From Armatimonadota bacterium (GTDB lineage Bacteria; Armatimonadota; UBA5829), in NCBI GenBank assembly GCA_012522575.1, contig JAAYKE010000049.1, positions 2,445-66,444 on the forward strand: a stretch of 64,000 nucleotides of DNA, in the 5' to 3' direction. This document shows, piece by piece, positions 19,665 through 28,831 of this stretch (the stretch's first letter is position 1; each line of letters begins with the position of its first letter). Below the pieces are notes generated by a model. It did not search any database, was not told where the DNA came from, and saw nothing but the letters and a program-made list of their open reading frames with translations. Position numbers and translations under genes: made by a program.

Positions 19665-20879
19665 ATGTCCAGCAAACCGAAAGTAGCCATATCGAAGGTA
19701 TCGGACATTGACAGTATGCAGGCTGTCGAGTTGGCAGTTCGCGAGGCTGTCGCATTAGCTTGTGATTTCACGGCGTTGTGCAAGGACAAGCATGTCATCC
19801 TCAAACCAAACGTCTATTGCCCAAGTCCCGCCCCTACCACTACCGACCCGCGTGTGATCGCTTCATTGATTCGAGCGGCCAAGGCCGCAGGAGCGCGCAG
19901 GGTAACCGTGGCGGAAGGACGCTCGATTTCGACGGCGCTGTTCCGCAAGAACACCAGCACCACCGAGGCTTGCTTTGAGGCTATCGGAATGAAACAGGCC
20001 GCGCTGGAGAACGGCGCGGACATCGTATATCTGGAAAATGATGAGTTCCTTAACCCGTCCAATCCGGATGCGCTCGTGCTTAAGCACCCAAGCATTCCTC
20101 GCACCATACTCGAGGCAGAGGTGCTTATCAACGTGCCGGTGTTAAAGAATCACAGCTTAACCTTAACAACCTTAGGCATCAAGAACCTGCACGGAACAAT
20201 CTCCGACGCCGACAAGCTCTTCGGCCATGACTATACGCGCATCCCGCAGAAGCTCGTGGACATCCTGCACTACAACAAGCCTGACCTGACGGTCATCGAT
20301 GGCGTTCGAGGACAGGAAGGCGACCACGCAGATATGGGCAAGGTGGTGGATATGGGGATTATCATATCCGGCGCGGATATCGTTGCGGTTGACGCGGTTG
20401 CGGAATCGGCGATCGGATTCGACAACCTTCAGATCGATACTACCCGACTGGCGCACGAGCAGGGCTTCGGAGTTGGCGACATCAACGAAATCGAGGTTGT
20501 GGGGACGCCGGTTGCGGACATCCGCCGTGTCTTTGAGAAGCCTGACATCGAGATCACCGAGGAGCGATTCCCCGGCATCAAGATCTGTGCCGGCGACTAT
20601 TGCAAGGGCTGTGAGTATTACGTTCGACGCGGCATCGACAGGCTTGTCGATCTGGATGCGCTCGATCCCAATGATCCGGTGACCCTGGTATATGGCAAGG
20701 ACCCAAGCGTCGATCCCAACACCGAGGGCAAAGTGATTCTGCTAGGCGACTGCGCAATGGAGAGCCAATCGGTGAAGCGACTGAGAGATAAACTGTGGCT
20801 TACCGGTCGACTCAAAACCGTCTATTGCTGCCCTCCGATGGAGTTCCGAATGAGAGCCCTGGAGCTTGCCGGGGATTAA
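19665..20879 (+). CDS. DUF362 domain protein
   Basis: 'KVAISKV......ILKPNV' and 'TDPRV' are DUF362 hallmarks; a C-terminal Cys cluster 'CAGDYCKGCEYY' is present; RBS 'AAAAAGGAG' upstream. Confidence 0.55.
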   Translation: MSSKPKVAISKVSDIDSMQAVELAVREAVALACDFTALCKDKHVILKPNVYCPSPAPTTTDPRVIASLIRAAKAAGARRVTVAEGRSISTALFRKNTSTTEACFEAIGMKQAALENGADIVYLENDEFLNPSNPDALVLKHPSIPRTILEAEVLINVPVLKNHSLTLTTLGIKNLHGTISDADKLFGHDYTRIPQKLVDILHYNKPDLTVIDGVRGQEGDHADMGKVVDMGIIISGADIVAVDAVAESAIGFDNLQIDTTRLAHEQGFGVGDINEIEVVGTPVADIRRVFEKPDIEITEERFPGIKICAGDYCKGCEYYVRRGIDRLVDLDALDPNDPVTLVYGKDPSVDPNTEGKVILLGDCAMESQSVKRLRDKLWLTGRLKTVYCCPPMEFRMRALELAGD

Positions 20880-20944
20880 GCGATCGAGTTTCAGTTTGGC
20901 ATATATCTTTGCAGTCCCGGTTTTTGTTGAGCCGGGGCTGCTTT

Positions 20945-21221
20945 GGTAACAGCTCACGAATGATGAGGTCTAGAGGTTAGAGGTTGGAAGTTGGAGGTTA
21001 GATGAGTTATTGAGAGGGTTATGCGTAGCCTCCAATTTTTGTCATTCCGAGGCGAATGCCGAGGAATCTGCTTTTTCCCTTCTCATTTCTGGGTCTCGCT
21101 TCTTTCGGGCTTTCGCGATTTACGTAAAAGCAGATTTCTCACTTCGTTCGAAATGACATAGTTTGTGTGGCTGGGACAGAGACCAGTCACTACAATCACT
21201 CACGAAGAGTGAGTTGTTACC
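20945..21221. repeat. MITE-like repeat, full-length copy (copy A)
   Basis: 5' end 'GTAACAGCTCACGAATGATGAG', 3' end 'CACTCACGAAGAGTGAGTTGTTAC'; the terminal 12-mers are inverted complements (11/12). It contains an internal short tandem 'GGTTAGAGGTTGGAAGTTGGAGGTTAGA' and the 'GTCATTCCGAGGCGAATGCCGAGGAATCTGC' module. Confidence 0.65.
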
Positions 21222-21295
21222 TACTTTGTTTGTGATTGACACGCCGCAAAGAGGGTGGTAGACTCTGACCGAAATCAGCTCAGGAGGGTTCCCAA

Positions 21296-21899
21296 AGTGT
21301 ATGTTGGACGAATCGTGGCGGTTGGTAAAACCGACAGGCCGTTTGTAGCTTATAGAGTCTCTTCGAGGTCATTTCCCAACAGAGTTGCACGGATAACCGA
21401 TGTTGGCGTCGCAATTCAGCCGCTTGACCCGGAGGATATGAAACGCAACCCGTATATTGCATACAACTGCATTAGGGTTTCGCGAAATGGAGTAGTCGTA
21501 TCGAACGGTTCACACACCGACCCGATTTTCGAGAAACTGGAGTCCGGAGTAGAGCCGGAGACGGCGCTGCAGCAGACCCTTGAGGAGATGGGCTATGAAC
21601 GCGATGATTTTAATACCCCGCGAATAGCCGGTATCGTCACCGATAAGGTTGGTTATGTGGCAACCATTCGGGCAGATGGATTTGAGGTCGCAAGTTTTGA
21701 ACTCAAAGACAACTCCTGTCAGGTGATCTGCACCTATGAGATGGATAAAATACAAGGCGATGGGCATCCGTTCGCCGCGCAAACTGCCCTTGAGGCGGCT
21801 GAATATGTTGTGGATGGAGGGATTTTTGCGGATCTCGAGCTGCCGATCTGCGCTGCGGCGTGGATGGGTGAATTGGCTGTGTTGAACCCGCATGAGTGA
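21296..21899 (+). CDS. IMP cyclohydrolase PurO-like protein (archaeal-type)
   Basis: '(M)YVGRIVAVGKTDRPFVAYRVSSRSFPNR....NPYIAYNCIRV....VVSNGSHTD.IFEKL' resembles the PurO/IMP_cyclohyd family; start set to the GTG at 21296 with 'GGAGGG' about 8 nt upstream (the ORF track starts at 21255). Confidence 0.5.
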
Positions 21900-21947
21900 G
21901 ATTGCCGGTATAATTCCAGGTTATGCTGTGTTATAATCATCAAGCGC

Positions 21948-22023
21948 GCACCCGTAGCTCAGTGGATAGAGCGCTTGCCTCCGGAGCAAGAAGTCGGGCG
22001 TTCGAATCGCCCCGGGTGCGCCA
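21948..22023 (+). tRNA. tRNA-Arg (anticodon CCG)
   Basis: A manually folded cloverleaf: acceptor GCACCCG/CGGGTGC, D-arm GCTC-AGTGGATA-GAGC, anticodon stem CTTGC/GCAAG with loop CTCCGGA, T-arm GGGCG-TTCGAAT-CGCCC, discriminator G plus an encoded CCA. Confidence 0.85.
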
Positions 22024-22124
22024 TTGCATCGAATTCCACAGCCAATATCTTCCGAATGCGATTTTTATTGATTCTTCGACGGTGTATAATGCAGGAGTCG
22101 CCGCAGCAAGGAAAGGAGTCTGTT

Positions 22125-23909
22125 ATGCGCGTATGTCTGCTTGTCGCAGCCGCGATGGTCGCAATTTTGAGCAGTCCGGGAGGAGCTGATATGAAACTTG
22201 TACAAGACGGCCGGACCGATTATTGTATCGTTCTGGCAAAAGATGCTTCGCCATCTGAGCATTGGGCCGCTAGTGAACTCAAACAGTTTATCGGGGAGAT
22301 GTCCGGTGCGGTGATACCGTATGCCGAGGATAGCAATGAAGCGCCTGCACACGCTATTTTGCTGGGAGATTCCAGGGCGCTGCAATCTTTGGGCGCGGGC
22401 ATAGACTTTGACGACCTCGGCGAGGAAGGGTTTGCCATCAAGACGGTCGGGGATCGTTTGGTGATTGCAGGCGGCAGGCTTCGCGGCACGATGTATGGCG
22501 TCTATGAGCTTCTGGAGAGGCTCGGCTGCAGATTTTTGACCGATAAAGTTAATAAGGTCCCAAAGACGAGGGATATTTTCGTTGGGACAATAGACATTAC
22601 GCAAAAGCCCGCATTTGAATATCGCGATGTCTATATTCGCGAAGCTATGACCCCAAATTATGCAGCCCGAAACCGCGGCAATAGCTATATGGCGAAAATC
22701 GACAAGAAGCGCGGAGGCAGCATAGCCTATTATCCGTTCGTTCATAGCTTCAACATGCTCGTTCCGCTGGAGAAATACTGGGATAGTCACCCTGAGTATT
22801 TCTCGATGATCGAGGGCAAACGCATCAAAGACCACACTCAGTTGTGTATGTCGAACCCGGAAGTTCTTAGAATCGCGACGGAGACTGTGATGGGTTGGAT
22901 GCGTGACAAATCGGAGGCCAAAATCTGCTCCGTCTCGCAAAACGACTGGTATAACAACTGCCAGTGCCCGAACTGCAAGGCCATTGACGATGAAGAAGGA
23001 AGCCCGTCCGGCTTGATGCTGCGGTTTGTGAACGCGATTGCCGAGCAGACTTCTAAAGTATATCCCGATAAGCTGATTGATACTTTGGCGTATCAGTGGA
23101 CAGAGAAGCCGCCGAAGGTCACAACGAAACTGCATCCCAATGTGCGAGTGCGGCTGTGCCCGATATTTTGCTGCGAATCGCATGCTTATGAGAGCTGCGG
23201 CACCAAAGAGAATAATGATTTTGTAGAAAACCTCAAAGAGTGGAGCAAGATCACCGATCAGCTTTACATTTGGCACTACAATACTAGTTTCGCGCACTAT
23301 CTGAACCCGTTCCCGGATTTTTGGCAGTTGATGGATACTGCGAAGCTGTATAAGCGTTATGGAGTGAAGGGCATCTTCTGGGAGGGATCCTATCCGCCGG
23401 GCGGCGGCGGAGAGATGGCCTATCTGCGCTCCAATTTGCTGTCTAAGATCACCTGGGACCCGGAGGTCGACGGAAACGCGGTTATGCGCGAGTTCTGCGA
23501 CGATTTCTATGGCAGGAGCGGCAAATATATCTATGAGTATGTGCAGATGCTTCTGAACAAGGTGACAAAGGATCATATTCACATGAAAATATGGTCAACG
23601 CCGACTGAGCCGTTTTTGACGCCTGAGATTATCGCCGCCGCCGATAAGTTGTTTGATAAGGCGGAGGCTGAGGCTGAGTCCGATGAGATTCTGGACCGGA
23701 TCAAGCATGACAGGATTCCGATTCAGTATGTGAAGTTTATGCAGCCGGTTATGAACAAGCAGGTCCAGGGCAAGGAAGCCGACTTTCTCAAGCAACTCGA
23801 TGACTTTGTTGCGCTGTGCAGGAGTCGCGGTATGACGCATATCAGCGAATGGGAGGATTTGTCCGCCTATCACGAGCGCACGAAGAAAGCTATCGAAGGT
23901 AAAGAATAA
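22125..23909 (+). CDS. DUF4838 domain protein (GH20-like TIM-barrel, alpha-glucuronidase-like fold)
   Basis: Signal peptide 'MRVCLLVAAAMVAILSS'; the N-terminal 'DYCIVLAKDASPSEHWAASELKQFIGEMSG..IP' pattern is typical of DUF4838 proteins; RBS 'AAGGAG' upstream. The ORF-track start at 21975 would run through the tRNA and is rejected. Confidence 0.5.
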   Translation: MRVCLLVAAAMVAILSSPGGADMKLVQDGRTDYCIVLAKDASPSEHWAASELKQFIGEMSGAVIPYAEDSNEAPAHAILLGDSRALQSLGAGIDFDDLGEEGFAIKTVGDRLVIAGGRLRGTMYGVYELLERLGCRFLTDKVNKVPKTRDIFVGTIDITQKPAFEYRDVYIREAMTPNYAARNRGNSYMAKIDKKRGGSIAYYPFVHSFNMLVPLEKYWDSHPEYFSMIEGKRIKDHTQLCMSNPEVLRIATETVMGWMRDKSEAKICSVSQNDWYNNCQCPNCKAIDDEEGSPSGLMLRFVNAIAEQTSKVYPDKLIDTLAYQWTEKPPKVTTKLHPNVRVRLCPIFCCESHAYESCGTKENNDFVENLKEWSKITDQLYIWHYNTSFAHYLNPFPDFWQLMDTAKLYKRYGVKGIFWEGSYPPGGGGEMAYLRSNLLSKITWDPEVDGNAVMREFCDDFYGRSGKYIYEYVQMLLNKVTKDHIHMKIWSTPTEPFLTPEIIAAADKLFDKAEAEAESDEILDRIKHDRIPIQYVKFMQPVMNKQVQGKEADFLKQLDDFVALCRSRGMTHISEWEDLSAYHERTKKAIEGKE

Positions 23910-23915
23910 TTGGTA

Positions 23916-23945
23916 AAGGGTGTCGATTTGGCGATTGACACCCTT
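23916..23945 (+). terminator. Hairpin downstream of the DUF4838 gene (possible terminator)
   Basis: 'AAGGGTGTC-gatttggcgattg-GACACCCTT' is a 9-bp perfect stem, but no U-tract follows. Confidence 0.3.
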
Positions 23946-24139
23946 AATTGTTGCTTGCAGTTGTTCATAACTTCTGAGAAACTGCCAATGAGCTACTTCT
24001 TTAATTGACAGGGCAATAAGCTCTACATATAATTTGTACGCACCCCAGTCCCGGGGTTCGCTCTATTGAGCATATTGATATGTAGCCGCTTCGGCATAAT
24101 TGGGACCGGCCCGAAGCGAAGAACGGAGGAAACATCGGT

Positions 24140-25246
24140 ATGGCACAAGTCGTGCTGAAGGATTTGACCAAGACCTTCAAGACTGTGGTCGCGGTCAACA
24201 ATATGAACCTTGAGATCAAAGACAAGGAATTTCTCGTGCTTGTCGGGCCATCGGGCTGCGGTAAGACGACAGCTTTGAGAATGGTTGCAGGGCTTGAGGA
24301 ATCGACAGAAGGCGAAATTTACATTGGAGATCGGCTGGTCAACGATGTTTCTCCAAAAGATCGTGATATCGCGATGGTCTTTCAGAACTACGCTCTGTAT
24401 CCGCACATGAGCGTGTATGACAATATGGCGTTTGGATTGAAGCTGCGAAAGCTGCCTAAAGAACAGATTCAGGCGCGGGTCAACGAAGCGGCGGACCTTT
24501 TGGGATTGGCCGATTTGCTTAATCGCAAACCCAAGCAACTCTCCGGCGGGCAGAGACAGCGCGTTGCTCTTGGACGTGCGATAGTGCGCGAGCCGAAGGT
24601 CTTCCTTATGGACGAACCTCTCTCCAACCTAGACGCAAAGCTGCGCGTACAGACTCGCGCTGAACTGATCAAGCTGCACCGCAGGCTGGGGATCACCACC
24701 ATCTACGTCACACACGACCAGGTGGAAGCGATGACGATGGGCGATCGCATTGTGGTTATGAAGGATGGAGTTGTCCAGCAGGTGGACTCTCCCCTTGGGC
24801 TGTATAATACTCCGGCCAACGTGTTCGTGGCAGGGTTTATCGGCACGCCCTCGATGAACTTTATCGAGGCTAAGATCACTAATGGCGCGGATGGCTATGG
24901 AATTGATACCGGATGTTTCACGGTGAAGCCGCCTGATGATAAAACGAAACTGCTGGCAAATTATGTCGGCAAGGACGTGATTTTTGGCGTGCGACCGGAA
25001 GATATCTTCGACAAATCTCTGGTCAATATTATACAAGCGACTCCGTATAATACTATCAGAGCGGTAGTGGACGTGATGGAGCCGATGGGCAACATCGTGA
25101 CGATGTATCTGAGCTGCGGCAAGCACGACATTGTCGCCAGTATCGACGCCGATTCCAAAGCCAAAGACGGCGAAGAGATGGAGCTGATTCTGGATATGGC
25201 AAAGACCCACGTCTTTGATAAAGAGACCGAGAAAGCGATATATTGA
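24140..25246 (+). CDS. Sugar ABC transporter ATP-binding protein (MalK/MsiK/UgpC family)
   Basis: Walker A 'GPSGCGKTT', Q-loop, signature 'LSGGQRQRVALGRA', Walker B 'FLMDEPLSNLD', and a C-terminal MalK-type regulatory (TOBE) domain. Confidence 0.9.
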   Translation: MAQVVLKDLTKTFKTVVAVNNMNLEIKDKEFLVLVGPSGCGKTTALRMVAGLEESTEGEIYIGDRLVNDVSPKDRDIAMVFQNYALYPHMSVYDNMAFGLKLRKLPKEQIQARVNEAADLLGLADLLNRKPKQLSGGQRQRVALGRAIVREPKVFLMDEPLSNLDAKLRVQTRAELIKLHRRLGITTIYVTHDQVEAMTMGDRIVVMKDGVVQQVDSPLGLYNTPANVFVAGFIGTPSMNFIEAKITNGADGYGIDTGCFTVKPPDDKTKLLANYVGKDVIFGVRPEDIFDKSLVNIIQATPYNTIRAVVDVMEPMGNIVTMYLSCGKHDIVASIDADSKAKDGEEMELILDMAKTHVFDKETEKAIY

Positions 25247-25313
25247 TCGGTTTTTGAAGTCTGATATCAGTGGCCTCGGAGGAATCCGGGGCCATTTTTG
25301 CGTATGAGGCAGT

Positions 25314-27497
25314 ATGACATTGACTAGGAAGTGCGAAATGAGAGTAGTGGTGATGATGGTTTTTATGCTGATGCTTGTAAATGCAGGATTTGCGGATGTA
25401 GAAGGGCCGAGGATCACGGATGCTGAGTTTTTTGATGCGATGAACCTAGATTATCCGGGACTGGAGAGCGTGAAAACGGCGGCGGATGCGTCGGATTTTG
25501 CAGCGGCGAAACACGAGTTTGCCGAGTATCTGAGGGAGCGCAAAAAACCTGTGTATAAGCCGGATTGGTTGGCTGGTCTTGCTCGTGGAAAACGCACTGA
25601 TAAGACCGACACCAGGCAGGCTGACCGGATTTTGCAGCGGGATTTGCCGAGCGTGGGAGTCTATCATAAATATGAAGGCAGAATCGACTGGAGCCTGGAC
25701 CCGATAAACTATCGAGAGTGGCCGTTTCAGTTGAACCGACATTCGTTTTGGACGACTCTGGGTTTGGCGTACCTGGAGACCGGCGAGGAAAAATATGCCG
25801 AAGAGTTCGTTTATCAGATGACAGACTGGGTCAAGCAGTGCCCTGTGCCGATCAACGACAGCGGCAATAGAGGTGTGCTGTGGAGAACCATCGAGCAGGG
25901 AATCAGGATGGGACAGACCTGGCCTGCTGCGTATTTTCTGTTTATCAAATCGCCATCGTTTACTGATGAGGCTATTGTGACGATGGTCAAGTCGATGGTG
26001 GAACACGCACGGCATTTGATGATCCACCAAACGACCGCTAACTGGCTGTCGATGGAGTGCAACGGGTTGATGCACGTAGGGGTGCTGTTTCCTGAGTTCA
26101 AAGAGGCCGACGAATGGAGAAAGACCGCCATTGACAGGATGTATGTGGAGCTTGACAAGCAAGTCTACCCTGATGGCGCACAAATTGAGCTGTCTACGGG
26201 GTACCATCAAGTGTCGCTGAACAATTTTTTGATGCTGTGGAATGTGGCGCATATCAACGATGTGCCTGTGCCGGAGGACTATATCGCCAGGCTGGAGAAA
26301 ATGTTTGATTACAATCTCTACGCCTCTATGCCTAACGGGTATCTGCCGGGGCTGAACGATGCGGGGGCGACTAACGTCAAGGGGCAGGCTCAGATGGGGC
26401 TGACATATTTTCCAGACAGGAAAGACTATCTGTGGCTTGCGACGCTTGGCAAAGAAGGAACGAAGCCGGATGTGGATTCGATAGCCCTGCCATTTTCGGG
26501 ACATTTAATTATGCGGTCCGGATGGGATGCAGATGCGCGGTATATGCTCTTTGATGCAGGGCCGTTTGGGTATGGCCACCAGCACGAGGACGCGCTCAGT
26601 TTTGTGATCTTCGCCTATGGCAAGTATATGCTGATCGACCCTGGTAACTATCCTTATGACAGCTCTCAATGGCGGAAATATGTGCTGTCGACGAGGGCGC
26701 ATAATACGATAATGGTCGATGGATGTGAGCAGCATCGCAGAGATCGACCGAGACAGGAATATGTGCTCGCCAAACCAATGCCGATCAAGTGGGCATCGGC
26801 TGAGAAATACGACTATGCGTCGAGCGTTTATGGGGACAACTACTGCAGTGATAATTCGGTGAAGGTGGAGCACGAGCGCAGCATTTTCTTCGTGAAGCCG
26901 GATTATTGGATCGTTGTGGATAAGCTGACTCCGGAAGATGATAAGCCTCATAAATATGAGAGTATGTTTCATCTCGATATGAGCGGAACGGAGGTGGATG
27001 CTGCAACAAAGGCCGTGCATACAACTGATGAGAAGGGCGCGAATTTGTCGATCTGGCCTGCGTATGACGATTCGCTTTCGGTCTCGGTGATAGCCGGGCA
27101 GGAGGAACCGATCGTGCAGGGTTGGATACGACTCAAAGATTATGAATGCAGGCCCATCCCCACACCAGTTTATGAAAAAGAGCACTCTGGCGTGACCAGG
27201 CTGGCCTATGTCTTCTACCCTACGCCTGAGGGTGCAAAATGTCCGGTGAAGGGTGTGGAGTATGTGCCGGTGCGTGTAGGAGAAGGTGTTGCGCTGGCGA
27301 TTGACTTCGGAGAAGGCAGAATAGACTACTTCGCGCTGTCTGATGCGCCGGGCAAGCAGATCAAATTCGGCAACTTAACAACCGATTCCAGAGCCGCTTA
27401 TTTCCGAACATCAAACGGCAAAGTCGAGGACTCGGTGATGGTCAGGCACGCGATCAGAGACCTGTCGAAGACGGCGCAAAGACACGTCTTTGAGTGA
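25314..27497 (+). CDS. Heparinase II/III-like family protein (polysaccharide lyase-like)
   Basis: Signal peptide 'MRVVVMMVFMLMLVNAGFA'; heparinase II/III-like blocks 'NWLSMECNGLMHVGVLFPEF' and 'DALSFVIFAYGKYMLIDPGNYPYD'. Confidence 0.6.
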   Translation: MTLTRKCEMRVVVMMVFMLMLVNAGFADVEGPRITDAEFFDAMNLDYPGLESVKTAADASDFAAAKHEFAEYLRERKKPVYKPDWLAGLARGKRTDKTDTRQADRILQRDLPSVGVYHKYEGRIDWSLDPINYREWPFQLNRHSFWTTLGLAYLETGEEKYAEEFVYQMTDWVKQCPVPINDSGNRGVLWRTIEQGIRMGQTWPAAYFLFIKSPSFTDEAIVTMVKSMVEHARHLMIHQTTANWLSMECNGLMHVGVLFPEFKEADEWRKTAIDRMYVELDKQVYPDGAQIELSTGYHQVSLNNFLMLWNVAHINDVPVPEDYIARLEKMFDYNLYASMPNGYLPGLNDAGATNVKGQAQMGLTYFPDRKDYLWLATLGKEGTKPDVDSIALPFSGHLIMRSGWDADARYMLFDAGPFGYGHQHEDALSFVIFAYGKYMLIDPGNYPYDSSQWRKYVLSTRAHNTIMVDGCEQHRRDRPRQEYVLAKPMPIKWASAEKYDYASSVYGDNYCSDNSVKVEHERSIFFVKPDYWIVVDKLTPEDDKPHKYESMFHLDMSGTEVDAATKAVHTTDEKGANLSIWPAYDDSLSVSVIAGQEEPIVQGWIRLKDYECRPIPTPVYEKEHSGVTRLAYVFYPTPEGAKCPVKGVEYVPVRVGEGVALAIDFGEGRIDYFALSDAPGKQIKFGNLTTDSRAAYFRTSNGKVEDSVMVRHAIRDLSKTAQRHVFE

Positions 27498-27535
27498 CGG
27501 GTTCAGAGGCAGGAAAAGACGATCGTCGATTTGAC

Positions 27536-27587
27536 ATGGGTGGCGATTCAGCGCGTCGCCACCCATATATGATATTTCTTTTTATTT
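27536..27587. terminator. Bidirectional rho-independent terminator between convergent genes
   Basis: 'ATGGGTGGCGA-ttcagcgcg-TCGCCACCCAT' is an 11-bp perfect stem followed by 'ATATGATATTTCTTTTTATTT'. Confidence 0.6.
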
Positions 27588-28730
27588 CAAATACGCAAAA
27601 GCCTGGTCGAGGTCGGCGATAAGGTCTTCTACATCCTCGATTCCGACAGACAGCCTGACCAGGCCGTCCGGAACTCCGAGGGCTTTGCGTTCCTCAACCG
27701 TGCACTCTACGTGGCTGGTGGTTCGCGCCGGACCGTAGGTGGTCTCAACCGCGCCGAGGTTTGCGGCCCGGTTTGCATATTGCAGTTTGGGCAGCAGTAT
27801 CGATGCCGACTCCATTCCACCCTTGAGCGCAAAGCTCATCATCGCTCCAAAATCGCTCATTTGTCTGGCCGCTACGTCGTGGTGCAGATGGCTCGTCAGG
27901 CCGGGATAGTGGACAGCTTCGACCATTTTCTGCGTTTGCAGATATGCCGCCATTTTCTTTGCGCTTTCACACTGCCGCAGCACTCGCAGATTGAGCGTCT
28001 TCATTCCCCTGAGCAAGAGATATGCATCCCATGGGGCCAGGGTAGCTCCGTTGATCTCGCGATAGTGATGTATCTGTGTGATAAGTTCCTTGCTGCCGCA
28101 TACCGCTCCGCCCAGAGCATCGGCGTGGCCGCCGAGATATTTGGTCGCGCTGTGCAATGACAAGTCCGCTCCAAGCTCCAGAGGCTGCTGAAGGACGGGA
28201 GTTGCCATCGTATTGTCTACTATCAACAGCGCGCCGACGGCCTTTGCCGCTTTGGATATGCGAGCGATATCGGTTATCTTAACAAGTGGGTTGGTGGGAG
28301 TTTCAAGGTAGACGATCTTGCAGCCGCGGGCGATTTCGCGTTCGAGTTCTTCGTGGTCGCCGGTGTCACAAAGGGTGACATCTACGTTGATATTCGGCAG
28401 AAATTCACAAAAAAGCCTGTGGGTTCCGCCGTAGGAGTCTTTTATCGATACAACGCGGTCCCCGGGCCGTATGAACGCGTAAATGGAGTTGCTGACCGCG
28501 GCCATTCCCGTGGAGAAGCTCGTAGCGGCCTGCGCACCCTCCAGTTCTTTGATTTTATCTTCAAACGCATTCACGGTCGGGTTGGTATTGCGCCCGTAGA
28601 TATGGCCGGGCTTGTTGCCGATCGCCACATCGTACCACTCTTCCATATCGTCGTAGCCATAGGCGGAGCTAACGATCACCGGAACCTGAGTTGCGTGATG
28701 AACCCGCTGCGGTTTTTCGCCTGCCCACAC
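27582..28730 (-). CDS. Cys/Met-metabolism PLP-dependent enzyme (cystathionine gamma-synthase/beta-lyase family)
   Basis: 'SATKYLGGHAD' PLP-lysine block; overall length and layout match the MetB/MetC family. Confidence 0.75.
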   Translation of the reverse strand: MWAGEKPQRVHHATQVPVIVSSAYGYDDMEEWYDVAIGNKPGHIYGRNTNPTVNAFEDKIKELEGAQAATSFSTGMAAVSNSIYAFIRPGDRVVSIKDSYGGTHRLFCEFLPNINVDVTLCDTGDHEELEREIARGCKIVYLETPTNPLVKITDIARISKAAKAVGALLIVDNTMATPVLQQPLELGADLSLHSATKYLGGHADALGGAVCGSKELITQIHHYREINGATLAPWDAYLLLRGMKTLNLRVLRQCESAKKMAAYLQTQKMVEAVHYPGLTSHLHHDVAARQMSDFGAMMSFALKGGMESASILLPKLQYANRAANLGAVETTYGPARTTSHVECTVEERKALGVPDGLVRLSVGIEDVEDLIADLDQAFAYLK

Positions 28731-28831
28731 GGCGGCTGTGCCGATGCCGGGCTTTGCAGTTTTCTTGTCAGTAAATTGGTTTCACTCCTTTTTATATCGA
28801 GGCCGAAGTCGGAAATCCGCGATCCGATCTG

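Noticed and set aside
20970-21005. Possible CRISPR-like array (ggttagagg repeats)
   Set aside because: Units are about 8 nt with no spacers. They are part of the MITE-like element and recur in the other copies, so this is not a CRISPR.
21975-22124. ORF-track 5' extension of the DUF4838 gene running through tRNA-Arg
   Set aside because: A protein-coding region cannot share the tRNA sequence in-frame. A good Met with an AAGGAG RBS and a signal peptide begins at 22125.
22065-23582. 505-aa antisense ORF inside the DUF4838 gene
   Set aside because: It is entirely opposite a well-supported + strand gene with a signal peptide and family motifs, and has no recognisable motifs of its own. This is typical for shadow ORFs in GC-rich DNA.
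25446-27185. Two long antisense ORFs (352 aa and 226 aa) opposite the heparinase II/III-like gene
   Set aside because: They are shadow ORFs with His/Arg/Pro-rich low-information translations, while the sense strand carries the conserved heparinase blocks.
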